Positions 48,855-58,630 of a stretch of DNA of 64,000 nt are shown here, one piece after another. The translations under genes were made by a program, and so were the position numbers. The number at the start of each line of letters is the position of its first letter. Position 1 is the stretch's first letter. Origin of the DNA: Pedosphaera sp. (GTDB taxonomy: Bacteria > Verrucomicrobiota > Verrucomicrobiia > Limisphaerales > UBA9464); contig SIBK01000002.1 in the NCBI GenBank assembly GCA_009695205.1, forward strand, positions 6,153 to 70,152, in the 5' to 3' direction. The notes beneath the pieces were generated by a model, which worked only from the letters and a program-made list of their open reading frames with translations, did not search any database and was not told the DNA's origin.

Positions 48855-50252
48855 CTAATTCTTATATCCCAGCAAGTGGCGTTCCTTGATGAGTTTTGCC
48901 ACCTGAGGCGGGACATCCTCCTCCCAATAATTTTCTCCGCGCTGCATCCGGGCGAGGACATTGCGTGAAAAAATGTTTAGATGCGATTCATCAACGTCCC
49001 GCATGGCCTGGATGTGGTGATTTTCAATCAGATAAGCGTAAAGATGCCTCAGGTTGGGTGCCACCGTTAAGTTGCCGGCGGTGACGATTGCCCCGGTCTT
49101 GGAGTCTTTCAACGGGTAGACGTATAGCTTAAGATCGTTTTTGAACATGCGACCAAAGGATTCGAGAATTCCGCCTTCCAGTTCGGTATAATATTCTTCC
49201 TCGAACAGTTCTTTCAGGGTTGGAACGTCCATGACGATGCCGATGGGCATCTTTGTATAACGAAACATGTAGGCCGCAAGCCGATAGAATTCGCCGTAGT
49301 TCGAGATCAGCACCGGATGCCCAAGCGTTCCGAGCAGATCCACCCGATTGAGAAAATCCTGGTGGTTGATCGTTCCGGATTCGCTCGAGTTTTTCAGTGT
49401 CATTTCCATGAGAACCATGAGATCTTGACCGCTGACGTTGGGTTCCTGGATGAACTGGGCCTGGGCGTACCGCAGCATGTCGACGGTCACTTTCGTCACC
49501 GGGCGGAACGAGCCGCGTTCGACCAAAATGCATTTTTTATAAAGAGCATCGGCGGGTTGGACCAATTCCCCGTTGGGCAGAAACATCGCCGCATGGGTCA
49601 ACCCATGTTCGACCAGTTGGAGAGCGAGGAGTCGGTTGTCGACCTTTTGGAATTGCGGTCCGTTGAATTTGATGAGATCCACCTCCACTCGCTCCGGGCT
49701 CAGGTTGTCGCGCAACGCATTGACGATCGCTTGTGGATCTTTGAACAGATAGAGTGCGCTGTGGAGCAAGTTGACCCCGAGGATTCCCAGGGCTTCCTGC
49801 TGCTGGAGATTTTCCCGGTCCCACATGTGAACGTGAATGAGGATTTCACTGGGCTCCGATCCGGGAAAACTCTGGAATCGAATGCCCATCCAGCCGTGAG
49901 TTTCATCCCGTCGCGTGTAACTGCGGGCGGCGCAGGTGTCAGCGAAGACGAAAAAGTTAGTTGTATCACCGCGTGATTTATTCAGGCGTTCGATGAGCAA
50001 ATTGTACTCGTGATCTAGCATGGCGATCAGGCGCTGACGGCTCACATATCGATCACTGTGACCGTAGATCGCGTCACTGATCGTCATATCATACGCGGAC
50101 ATGGTTTTGGCAATCGTGCCGCTCGCCCCGCCGACGCGAAAGAACCAGCGTGCAACCTCCTGGCCGGCGCCAATTTCGGCGAACGTCCCGTATTTCGAAG
50201 AATCAAGGTTGATCTGGAGGGCTTTTTGGTGAGTGTCCAGGGGCTCGATCAT
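48855..50252 (-). CDS. Conserved-looking cytoplasmic protein of unknown function (465 aa)
   Basis: Intact ORF from the ATG at 50252 (MIEPLDTHQKALQINLDSSKYGTFAEIGAGQEVARWFFRVGGASGTIAKTMSAYDM...). No signal peptide, TM or motif I can assign. The upstream 64 codons of the track ORF look non-coding. Confidence 0.6.
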   Translation of the reverse strand: MIEPLDTHQKALQINLDSSKYGTFAEIGAGQEVARWFFRVGGASGTIAKTMSAYDMTISDAIYGHSDRYVSRQRLIAMLDHEYNLLIERLNKSRGDTTNFFVFADTCAARSYTRRDETHGWMGIRFQSFPGSEPSEILIHVHMWDRENLQQQEALGILGVNLLHSALYLFKDPQAIVNALRDNLSPERVEVDLIKFNGPQFQKVDNRLLALQLVEHGLTHAAMFLPNGELVQPADALYKKCILVERGSFRPVTKVTVDMLRYAQAQFIQEPNVSGQDLMVLMEMTLKNSSESGTINHQDFLNRVDLLGTLGHPVLISNYGEFYRLAAYMFRYTKMPIGIVMDVPTLKELFEEEYYTELEGGILESFGRMFKNDLKLYVYPLKDSKTGAIVTAGNLTVAPNLRHLYAYLIENHHIQAMRDVDESHLNIFSRNVLARMQRGENYWEEDVPPQVAKLIKERHLLGYKN

Positions 50253-50326
50253 TCCTGCCCAATGGAGCACAAGCCCCCGGCGACAGCGAGCTTTTCGCGT
50301 CGCACGTTTCTCGCCGGACGCATGGA

Positions 50327-51334
50327 TCAGAGGCCGTTTGTCGGGCTGAATCCTCCGGAATTGGTGCCGGCAACGTCGGTGTGTTCTCCCGGGTGAGGGG
50401 GCATTGGCGGCATTGGGGGAAGAGTATTCACGAGCTTCCGCCAAGCCTCGCGTTCATTGGGCGTGAGAGCTTCCCAACAGGCGGCGTTTTGCAGGAACAC
50501 GCCGCGCTGCGACGGAGTGAAGTCCGCAAACCGCTTGAATGAACGAAGGCAACGGTCTCGATGGACAGGCTCTAAGTCGGCGAAATCCCGCAAGGTGGCT
50601 TCCATTTGATGTCGCTCAGCGTCTGAGAGGGTTCGCAACGTCCGGGCCTGTTCGGTCGCATTTAATCTGAAAAAATTGTCAAAATCGGCGAAGGCACGGC
50701 GGCGCACCTCTGCCGGCAGCGTTTGCCAGCGAGCGAGCTGTGATTCGACCAGCGCCCGATCTTTTTCTGGAACCTGGCGCAGCACTCGTTGCTGATCCCC
50801 TGCGGGGAGCCGTTCAATTTGGGCGAACCATCCCAGGGATTTTTTGTTTTCCAGCAATGTCTGCTGGGCGGTGGCTGGCAACTGGTCCCAAGCCTTCAGT
50901 CGATCCTCCAAGAGAGAACGAACCTCCACAGGAACCCGGGCAAGGTCCTCAGTTCGTGTGGTGCCGGGCTGTCGCAGGAGAGGCAAGAGGTAGAATTGGA
51001 TTTGCGCGACGCGAAGTCGGAGTTCCCGGTAGTTCGGAGTCAGAGTGGCAAACTCCCGGAGTTTCGAGCGAATCAGCGCCTGAGCCTCAGGAGAGCGATT
51101 GGTCAGTAGCTGTTCTTGCTGTGCCGGGGATGCGGAGAGAAGCTCACGGAATTGTTCCACCGGCGGTTTGGGAATCGGTGGCATGGGCGGCGGAAAGGGT
51201 GGCAATCGACGCGGCGCATCGGCTCCGAACGAGTGCCCTAGGAGCATAACCCCAACGACCCAGAGCGCCAACGCCCGCCAGTTGCGAAGGACAACACTGG
51301 GAACCAGCCAGGCGGATGTGAGGGCAAAATCCAT
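50327..51334 (-). CDS. Exported repeat protein, DUF3106-like
   Basis: Signal/TM WRALALWVVGVMLLG, a proline-rich linker, then repeated W..L(P/T)...R helices (RLKAWDQLPATAQQ, QLARWQTLPAEVRRR, ACWEALTPNEREAWRKL), as in DUF3106 proteins that accompany ECF sigma factors. Confidence 0.6.
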   Translation of the reverse strand: MDFALTSAWLVPSVVLRNWRALALWVVGVMLLGHSFGADAPRRLPPFPPPMPPIPKPPVEQFRELLSASPAQQEQLLTNRSPEAQALIRSKLREFATLTPNYRELRLRVAQIQFYLLPLLRQPGTTRTEDLARVPVEVRSLLEDRLKAWDQLPATAQQTLLENKKSLGWFAQIERLPAGDQQRVLRQVPEKDRALVESQLARWQTLPAEVRRRAFADFDNFFRLNATEQARTLRTLSDAERHQMEATLRDFADLEPVHRDRCLRSFKRFADFTPSQRGVFLQNAACWEALTPNEREAWRKLVNTLPPMPPMPPHPGEHTDVAGTNSGGFSPTNGL

Positions 51335-51409
51335 GGTTAGCGCACTGAAAGACGAGGATATCGCAGTCGGAGTTGGCTTGGTGGAAGGTTGGTTCCTGAG
51401 CGGAAACCG

Positions 51410-52024
51410 CTATTGACTCAATGCGGTGAGCAGGGCGACATCATCCAGATGTGGCGCGGCGCCGACGACCTGGATCGCATCAAAGTCCCGGAGATAGGCT
51501 GGGAGTCGGGTCGATTCGGTCGCTTGCGTTGAGCGAGCCATGGCAGCGACGCTGTGGGCGAGGCGGGTCCGTTGTTGACCCTGCCATTGAAACCAAGCGA
51601 GAAGAGCCAGGAGCCCAACGCTGGCAGCCCCTACAGCACGGGTGGCCCGCAAAACTCGAAACAACGTTCGCAAACGCGCCTGAATCTCATCACCCAACCC
51701 GTCAAGCCAGCCAATCGGTCGATTCGATCTCCGATTTGCGGATTCCGCACGGGCTGCATCCATCACCCTCCGGGTGAAATTTGACGAGGCCGGCGGAGCG
51801 GAGGCCGCCCGAAGAGCTCGGTTCAATGCCAACTCATCCTCAAGCTGCAGCGGGTCAATGATTTCGCGATGCGGAGGGCTTTGAGACGGTTGATTGTTCT
51901 CTGGCAGCCGGTTACGAAGCGATGGGTTGGCAATCAACTCGCGTGCGGTGGGCGGTACGGCACCCGACCACACCCCTTCAAGCCAAGCCGGGATCTTCTG
52001 GGATGAGTCGCGGGACTTCTTCAT
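51410..52024 (-). CDS. Single-pass membrane protein, putative anti-sigma factor
   Basis: Position downstream of the ECF sigma gene; ...NFTRRVMDAA... string; one TM (AVGAASVGLLALLAWF). No zf-HC2 motif seen. Confidence 0.5.
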   Translation of the reverse strand: MKKSRDSSQKIPAWLEGVWSGAVPPTARELIANPSLRNRLPENNQPSQSPPHREIIDPLQLEDELALNRALRAASAPPASSNFTRRVMDAARAESANRRSNRPIGWLDGLGDEIQARLRTLFRVLRATRAVGAASVGLLALLAWFQWQGQQRTRLAHSVAAMARSTQATESTRLPAYLRDFDAIQVVGAAPHLDDVALLTALSQ

Positions 52025-52176
52025 GCGGAACGTTGGGTTGATAACCGGTTCGTGCGGAAAGTTTCGGTCCGCAATTTCTTCTTCCCATCCGCTCCATGCC
52101 GTGCCGTCGGAATGAATCGGCTGGACTGAGATTCGGTGTTAGGCCGGACCACAAAGGCAGGGTGGTGAGCGCTCAT
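52021..52176 (-). CDS. Possible small ORF (51 aa, basic) between the sigma and anti-sigma genes
   Basis: Below the ORF-track size cutoff. The ATG at 52176 lies 4 nt after the sigma stop and the ORF's TGA overlaps the anti-sigma ATG (ATGA at 52021-52024). Sequence MSAHHPAFVVRPNTESQSSRFIPTARHGADGKKKLRTETFRTNRLSTQRSA has no recognisable motif. Confidence 0.3.
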   Translation of the reverse strand: MSAHHPAFVVRPNTESQSSRFIPTARHGADGKKKLRTETFRTNRLSTQRSA

Positions 52177-52180
52177 TGGG

Positions 52181-52807
52181 TTATCGAGAAGTGGCGGTGT
52201 CGTGCTCCCATTCGCCGGAGTGAAGGTAGGGTTTCAGCCGGGATTTCAAGGTCTCTCGGCCGCGGTGAATCAGGGATTTTGTCGCTTGCACGGAGCAGCC
52301 CAGGATTGCCGCGATTTCCTCATAACTAACCTCCCCATCCTGGCAGAGCACCAGGGCAGTACGCTGCTTCTCAGGCAGATCCGCTACGGCTTCACTCACC
52401 ATGTTCATCAACTCCGCACGGGTCAGGGCCTGTTCGCCTGACAACGCAGTGGAATCCTTGATCTGCTGGGGTGAATGTAGATCTCCACCGTCGTCGGGTA
52501 AATCGAGGGACGAGGCAGGGTGACGGGCACGCCGGCGGATTTCGTTCAGGGTCAAGTTTCGCGCAATCGTAAATAGAAATGTGCTGAACTTGGCGGTGGC
52601 CTGGTAGCGGGCGGCCGTTTTCCAGATTTGCAAGAAAACGGACTGTGCCAGGTCTTCCGCCTCGGTGGCATCGGGGAGCGATCGGTAAATAAAGCTAATG
52701 ACCGGCTGCTGCCATCGTTCAACTAATTCGCCGAATGCGGTTGCATCACCCTGGCGAGCTCGCTCCATCAGGGTGGCATCCGTCGTCGGGATCGCGGTCT
52801 CGGCCAT
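52181..52807 (-). CDS. ECF-type RNA polymerase sigma-70 family factor
   Basis: Region 2 is FGELVERWQQPVISFIYRSLPDATEAEDLAQSVFLQIW and region 4 is LPEKQRTALVLCQDGEVSYEEIAAILGCSVQATKSLIHRGRETLK. The ATG at 52807 is preferred over the GTG at 52831. Confidence 0.85.
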   Translation of the reverse strand: MAETAIPTTDATLMERARQGDATAFGELVERWQQPVISFIYRSLPDATEAEDLAQSVFLQIWKTAARYQATAKFSTFLFTIARNLTLNEIRRRARHPASSLDLPDDGGDLHSPQQIKDSTALSGEQALTRAELMNMVSEAVADLPEKQRTALVLCQDGEVSYEEIAAILGCSVQATKSLIHRGRETLKSRLKPYLHSGEWEHDTATSR

Positions 52808-52884
52808 CGGCACGTGCAGATTATCGAACACCGACGAGGGTACAAGGTTGCACCGACCCGAGAACCGCTTATCGTCGAGACCGA

Positions 52885-55647
52885 ATGGACGGTTTGATTT
52901 GCACGATGATCGCGGAAGGACGCGAACAGCTTGGCGGCCCGCCGGGACGTTCGCCCGAGGAGTTGCGCCCGGTTTTCAAGAAATTCGTGGGAAACCATAC
53001 GCGCCAGATCCGCCGTGAGCACGAAGAGGGTGCGGGTGGACTGGCGGTGTGCCGAGCGCGGGCGGCGATGCTGGATGTGGTGGTGGTGCAACTCTTGGGC
53101 GCCCTGTGGCCGGCCAGCGTGAAACGATTGTCGGAGACGCCATTTGCCCTGGTGGCGACCGGTGGGTACGGCCGGGCGGAGTTGAATCCCTGCAGCGATA
53201 TCGATCTGCTGTTTCTGGAGGGAGGAGGCGTCATTAAGGAAGATGGTTCGACACCGTTGTCGGGGCTCCCACCGGCGTTTATACAGATGCTATATGACAT
53301 TGGATTGGAGCCGGGGGATCGCGCCGTGCGCACGATTGACGAATCCGTTAGACTTGCGACGAAGGATATGGAGACAAAGACGTCGCTGCTGGAGGCGCGG
53401 CTGTTGGCGGGCGACGAAAAGCTGTTTCGGTCCCTGCAGGCGGCGGTGCGCGAAAAATGCATCAAAGGGCGGGAATCAGCTTACATTCAGGCGCGACTGC
53501 AAGACCAGGAGGCGCGGCGGCTGAAACACGGTAGTTCACCGTGCATGCAGGAGCCGAACGTGAAAAACGGGGTTGGCGGTCTGAGGGACTATCAGAATTT
53601 GCTGTGGATGGCGCAGGTGAAGTATGGGATCCACAATCTCTCCGAGCTGGAAGAGCGCGAGATGCTCGATACGGGAGAGAGGGTACAGCTCGAACAGGCT
53701 TATGATTTTCTGCTCCGCGTTCGGACCGAGCTTCACCATGTGGCGGGGCGCGGTTCGGATACCTTGACGCCCAACCATCAGCCGGCGGTGGCGGCTGGGT
53801 TGGGTTTTTCGGGGGATCCGCGACGGCGTACCGAGAAATTCATGCACGAGTACTACAACTCGACGCGGAACATTCATCTCATAACGCGTACGTTGGAACA
53901 GCGCCTGGCGTTGACGGACATGGGTGAGAAAAAGCGTTGGCGGGATTTGCTTCGATTGCGCCAGCCGGCCGCTCGGACGGAGGAGTTTGACGGCTTCACT
54001 CTCAGTCACGGGCAGTTGCATTTTGTCGACAAACGGCTATTGCGTGACCATCCGGCCCGTCTGATGCGCGCCTTCCTGCACGCCCAGACCCGAGGGGTGG
54101 CGCTTCATCCCGACCTCTCGCAGTTTATTCGCCAGCAGGTTCAGCGGTTGGACGACGATTTTCGGACGAATGAACATGTTCGGGCTACCTTTTTCCAGAT
54201 CCTTTCCGCGCGCGGAAATGTCACGCCCGCTTTGCGAGAGATGCACGAAACAGGCCTCCTGGGATTTTATCTGCCCGAATTCGGCCGCCTGACAAATCTT
54301 GTCCAGCACGAGTACTATCATCGATATGCCGTGGACGAGCACACCTTGAAGTGTATCGAGAAACTGGACCGCGTCCTGTCCGCTGAGGACGAACAGAGCC
54401 GGCGGTACGCGGAGTTGTTTCGCCGGATCGAGCAGCCTGAAATTCTTAACCTTGCCCTCCTGCTGCATGATTCCGGAAAGGCGAGCGAGGCAGGGCCTCA
54501 CGAAAAAATGGGCGGCCAACTAGCCCTCCGCGTCGCACGACGCCTGCAACTGAACGAGGTAACTGCGGAGACCTTGAAACGCGTCATCGAGCTGCATCTG
54601 GTGATGGTGCAGACGGCACAGAAGCGCGACTTGGAGGATCCGTCCGTGATCCGGGCATTTTCCGACCAAGTCGAGTCTCTCGGAAATCTCGACATGCTCA
54701 CCCTGCACACGTTTGCCGATTCGAACGGCACCAGCGAATCCTTGTGGAACGGATTCAAGGATCGCTTGCACTGGGAGTTATATCACCGGACCCGTGAATT
54801 GCTCACCGGCGACACCGGCCTGCGGTTGGCGGAGGCGGAGCAGCTCATGGCGTTGCAGAAAGAGGTGATGGAGCGGTTGCCTCCAACCTTCGCGGCTGAC
54901 GAGCTGGCGGCCCACTTCTCGGGGATGCCAGCGCGCTATTTCCAACTGCACTCGGCACTGGAAATTGTCCGGGATCTGACGCTCGCCCATCAGTTTATGC
55001 ATCTTCAGATGACGGTAGAGGAACGGGCGCTCGAACCCGTGATCCACTGGCAGGATCAACGGGATCGTGGCTGCGTCGTGCTCCACGTTTGCACCTGGGA
55101 TCGTGCTTGGCTGTTCAGCAAGATTGCAGGCGCCCTCGCCGCTGCCGGGTTGAACATTTTCGGCGCTCAGATTGTGACGCGAGACGACGGGGTAATTTTT
55201 GACGAATTCACAGTGGCAGACGCCCGCTCCGGCGAGCTGCCTTCAAAGGATTCGAAGCAAAAATTTGAACGCCTCCTGCTGCAAGTGTTGACGGGCGAGC
55301 TGGCCCTTGCTCCGGCGATCGCAAAGACCAAGCTTCTAAGGCCGCTATGGGTCGGGGTTGCGGGAGACTGCATCGCAACCCACATACGCCTGGACAATGA
55401 GGCGTCGGCAGACCGGACCTTGATCGAAGTAGAGGCGGAGGATCGCGTGGGTCTATTGTTTGCCATTTCTCAGGCGCTGGTCATGCTCCGGTTGGACCTC
55501 ATTCTGGCTAAAATCGTGACGGAAAAAGGGGCCGCCATTGACAGCTTCTATGTCACGGAGATCGGCGGTGGCAAGGTAATCGATCGGGACCGCCAGGACG
55601 TTATCGTGAAGTCGCTGGAGAAAGCAGTTTCTTCGTTTGAGGCATAG
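52885..55647 (+). CDS. glnD: [Protein-PII] uridylyltransferase / uridylyl-removing enzyme
   Basis: Nucleotidyltransferase motif [19 protein letters not shown], an HD domain (LLLHDSGK), and two C-terminal ACT-like repeats. Start placed at the ATG at 52885; the longer ORF would overlap the sigma gene. Confidence 0.85.
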   Translation: MDGLICTMIAEGREQLGGPPGRSPEELRPVFKKFVGNHTRQIRREHEEGAGGLAVCRARAAMLDVVVVQLLGALWPASVKRLSETPFALVATGGYGRAELNPCSDIDLLFLEGGGVIKEDGSTPLSGLPPAFIQMLYDIGLEPGDRAVRTIDESVRLATKDMETKTSLLEARLLAGDEKLFRSLQAAVREKCIKGRESAYIQARLQDQEARRLKHGSSPCMQEPNVKNGVGGLRDYQNLLWMAQVKYGIHNLSELEEREMLDTGERVQLEQAYDFLLRVRTELHHVAGRGSDTLTPNHQPAVAAGLGFSGDPRRRTEKFMHEYYNSTRNIHLITRTLEQRLALTDMGEKKRWRDLLRLRQPAARTEEFDGFTLSHGQLHFVDKRLLRDHPARLMRAFLHAQTRGVALHPDLSQFIRQQVQRLDDDFRTNEHVRATFFQILSARGNVTPALREMHETGLLGFYLPEFGRLTNLVQHEYYHRYAVDEHTLKCIEKLDRVLSAEDEQSRRYAELFRRIEQPEILNLALLLHDSGKASEAGPHEKMGGQLALRVARRLQLNEVTAETLKRVIELHLVMVQTAQKRDLEDPSVIRAFSDQVESLGNLDMLTLHTFADSNGTSESLWNGFKDRLHWELYHRTRELLTGDTGLRLAEAEQLMALQKEVMERLPPTFAADELAAHFSGMPARYFQLHSALEIVRDLTLAHQFMHLQMTVEERALEPVIHWQDQRDRGCVVLHVCTWDRAWLFSKIAGALAAAGLNIFGAQIVTRDDGVIFDEFTVADARSGELPSKDSKQKFERLLLQVLTGELALAPAIAKTKLLRPLWVGVAGDCIATHIRLDNEASADRTLIEVEAEDRVGLLFAISQALVMLRLDLILAKIVTEKGAAIDSFYVTEIGGGKVIDRDRQDVIVKSLEKAVSSFEA

Positions 55648-55681
55648 CTGGCCGCACCGCCTGAAGGAATCGAAAAATGCC

Positions 55682-56692
55682 ATGTCGCCCCCCCCCGCAG
55701 AAACGATCCCTCTTCCTGTAATTCTACTTACCGGTTTCCTGGGGGCTGGAAAGACGACCCTGTTGCTGCGCTGGCTCCGGGAATCGCCCGCGACTGGGTT
55801 GCGGCCGGGAGTTGTCATGAACGAATTCGGTGCGGAAAGTGTGGACAGCCAGCTCATTCGGAGGCCAGGCCTTCTGGTGGAGCAGGTGTCGGGTGGGTGC
55901 CTCTGTTGTGCGGATGACAACGAGATCGGGAATGCGGTGGGTCGGCTTGTGCGCGCCGGTGTCGCGGATTTTCTGGTGGTGGAAACCTCGGGGCTGGCCG
56001 ATCCGGACAACGTGATCGATCTGCTGACCGATCACGACCTACTGCCGCAAATCCGGCTGCAGGCCGTTGTCACGGTGGTCGATGCTGCCTGGTATGCATA
56101 CCCGGGGGAAGATTTCGGTGAACGCATTCTCGCCCGGCGACAGATCGAGTTTGCGGATTATCTATGCCTGTCGAAATGCGACCTACTCGAGGCGATCGCT
56201 CTGGAAGGAGTGGTAGAGGAGGTGCGCCGAATCAATCCACTCGCCGAATGGTTCCGCCTGCCGTTTGGGCTTCCAGATCTAGGCACAATTCTCAAAAGGC
56301 CGCCTGCAGCCGTTGAACTTCGGGCGACGACCGAAGTCATCCCGGGTGGGGCGGGCAGGGCGGAGGGAAGCCATTTGCATGGTCGTTATCGAAGCCTTAG
56401 TTGGCGATTTCCTGTGCCGGTTGATCGCAGCCGGTTTGAGAACTTCCTGACAACGCTACCGCCACGAGAAGTGGTGCGCTCCAAGGGCTTTGTTCGGTTC
56501 CTCCAGACGCCTGACAAACTCCATGTATTTCAGTCAGTCTGGGGCCGGGCGATGATTGAGGAATTTCCCGCCCGGCCGTGGCCGGATCCGGTGATGGTTC
56601 TCATCGGACCGAGCCTGCCGGCAAGCGTTCTTGAGCAACGGCTCCGGGATCTCACTTTTGGCGAAAACCGGACAATCCGACGAATCGCTTAA
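55682..56692 (+). CDS. COG0523-family (CobW/ZigA/YeiR-like) GTPase metallochaperone
   Basis: P-loop [14 protein letters not shown], metal-binding [13 protein letters not shown], and a CobW C-terminal domain. Confidence 0.85.
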   Translation: MSPPPAETIPLPVILLTGFLGAGKTTLLLRWLRESPATGLRPGVVMNEFGAESVDSQLIRRPGLLVEQVSGGCLCCADDNEIGNAVGRLVRAGVADFLVVETSGLADPDNVIDLLTDHDLLPQIRLQAVVTVVDAAWYAYPGEDFGERILARRQIEFADYLCLSKCDLLEAIALEGVVEEVRRINPLAEWFRLPFGLPDLGTILKRPPAAVELRATTEVIPGGAGRAEGSHLHGRYRSLSWRFPVPVDRSRFENFLTTLPPREVVRSKGFVRFLQTPDKLHVFQSVWGRAMIEEFPARPWPDPVMVLIGPSLPASVLEQRLRDLTFGENRTIRRIA

Positions 56693-56727
56693 GTCGGCAT
56701 AACGAATTGTGGCCGGCCCCGATCGTC

Positions 56728-57012
56728 TTACTTACTGACGCTATTCTTCGCGGTAGCTGCGTTGAGTCGCAACTGGAGCCGTGAACGCTTGCGGCTGGCG
56801 GCCTCTTTCTTCACCACGCCGGACTTGGCTGCCTTATCGTAGGTGGAAGCCGTATCGCTAAAGAGGCGGCGGGCTTCCTCGAGCTTACCCCCCTCCAGCG
56901 CGGTCAGAAACCTCTTCTCGACGGTCTTGAGCCTGGATTTGACAGAGACGTTTTGGGCAGCTTTACGGGCACTGCCTCGAACCCGTTTTCCGGCGGACTT
57001 GGTGTTCGGCAT
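56728..57012 (-). CDS. rpsT: 30S ribosomal protein S20
   Basis: MPNTKSAGKRVRGSARKAAQNVSVKSRLKT...; size and basic composition fit S20. Confidence 0.9.
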   Translation of the reverse strand: MPNTKSAGKRVRGSARKAAQNVSVKSRLKTVEKRFLTALEGGKLEEARRLFSDTASTYDKAAKSGVVKKEAASRKRSRLQLRLNAATAKNSVSK

Positions 57013-57158
57013 ATCGATTCAGTTCAAAAACAAGAACAACAACGGTATCGACCCACCGGCCGATGTCAACGGCTCAAATTGAGGTCTTGAAGTTGCTGCG
57101 CCCCACGGTTATTTGCGCGTGACACCCCTTCCCGGGATTGGTCCAACGGCCACCCGCT

Positions 57159-58616
57159 ATGAAAGAGCTTCTCATGTCGCCTTCGCCGATGATTGGCAAC
57201 ACCTCTTCCAGCCTGTACACTTGGGGCATGTCAGAGAAAACGGTGAACCAGATTTCGATGGCGCTGCGGGACATGTATGACAAGGGGATCGCGGCGATTC
57301 AAAAGAACAACTTGGATTACGCTGTCACCTTGCTCTCGACAGTGCTCCGGCAGGAGCCCTCCTTTTTTGAGGGCCGTCAGGCGTTGCGTGCAGCCCAGTT
57401 CAAGAGGTCGGGGGGTAAGACGAGTTTCTTCCGCAAGTTTGTTGGCGCCGCCAGTGCGCTGACCAAAGGACAACTCGCCCTGAGGAACAATCCTCAAGAG
57501 GCGCTCATCGTTGCAGAAGATGTTCTCAATGATGATCCGGGTAACAAGGATGCGCACGAACTGCTAGCGGACGCAGCGTTGGTGATGCAGATGCCGAAAA
57601 CAGCGGTTCTCTCTCTCGAGGTCGCTTTTCGTGCCAATCAGTCGGACCGGAAGCTGGCGGAAAAGCTTGGAGACACCCTGTACGCACTGAAGCAAAATGA
57701 CCGGGCGGAGAAGATTTTCCGGGATCTGGTTTCGTTGCACCCACGGGATCCGGGGTTGAACGAGAAGCTTAAAAACGTACTCGCAGCGCGGACCCTATCC
57801 GAAGGGGGATACGAGAATCTGGCAGATGGAGCGGGGTCGTATCGGGACATATTACGGAACAAGGGTGAGGCCATTTTATTGGAGCAAGAGCGACGAACGG
57901 TAAAGGACCCGGAGGTCGCTGGCCGGCTGATTGGGGAGTACCAGACGCGTTTGGAGGCGGAACCGGAAAACCTGAGGCTGATGAGCCAAATCGCCGGGTT
58001 ATACGCCGAACGGAAGGAGTACGAACGGGCGATTGAGCAACTGGAGCGAATGCAGACGATCGGTGGCGTCGCCGATCCTGAAATCGCGCGAAAGATCCAC
58101 GAATACAAATTGAAAAAGTTTGATCAAAAGATTGGACAGATAGACCCCACCGGAGCGGATGCGCCGGAGCAGCGCATGGAGCTCGACGCGAAGCGAGGGG
58201 TTCTCGTCTTGGAGGAGGCCCGGAAGCGGGCGGGATTGTACCCGACGGATCTGATGATTCGGTATGAGTTGGGTTTGCTATCTTTCCAGGCAGGGCGACT
58301 CGGTGAGGCGATCGCCGAGCTGCAAAAGGCCCAAAACCTTCCCATTAGACGCATCGCCGCGATGAGTCTCCTTGCGCAAGCGTTTTCGAAACGGGGCATG
58401 AATGATCTCGCAGCTCGGAAACTTCAGGAAGCACTCAAGGAGAAGCAGCTATTTGACGACGAGAAGAAGGACTTGCACTACCAGTTGGGGACGGTACTGG
58501 ACGCGATGGGGCGCCGCGACGAGGCGATGGAGCAGTACAAGGTGATCTACGAACAGGACATCGGGTATCGGGATGTCATGAGCAAAGTGGATGCATTTTA
58601 CACGGCCTCGAATTGA
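57159..58616 (+). CDS. TPR-repeat protein
   Basis: Multiple 34-aa TPR-like units (e.g. GRLGEAIAELQKAQNL, GRRDEAMEQYKVIYEQD). The start is ambiguous (ATG at 57159 or 57228). Confidence 0.7.
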   Translation: MKELLMSPSPMIGNTSSSLYTWGMSEKTVNQISMALRDMYDKGIAAIQKNNLDYAVTLLSTVLRQEPSFFEGRQALRAAQFKRSGGKTSFFRKFVGAASALTKGQLALRNNPQEALIVAEDVLNDDPGNKDAHELLADAALVMQMPKTAVLSLEVAFRANQSDRKLAEKLGDTLYALKQNDRAEKIFRDLVSLHPRDPGLNEKLKNVLAARTLSEGGYENLADGAGSYRDILRNKGEAILLEQERRTVKDPEVAGRLIGEYQTRLEAEPENLRLMSQIAGLYAERKEYERAIEQLERMQTIGGVADPEIARKIHEYKLKKFDQKIGQIDPTGADAPEQRMELDAKRGVLVLEEARKRAGLYPTDLMIRYELGLLSFQAGRLGEAIAELQKAQNLPIRRIAAMSLLAQAFSKRGMNDLAARKLQEALKEKQLFDDEKKDLHYQLGTVLDAMGRRDEAMEQYKVIYEQDIGYRDVMSKVDAFYTASN

Positions 58617-58630
58617 GGTCGCGCATGCCG

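Noticed and set aside
52808-52884. ECF-type autoregulatory promoter (GGAAC-N16-CGT) upstream of the sigma gene
   Set aside because: AAC and CGTC elements are present on the minus strand but with about 10-nt spacing rather than 16-17 nt, so there is no convincing match.
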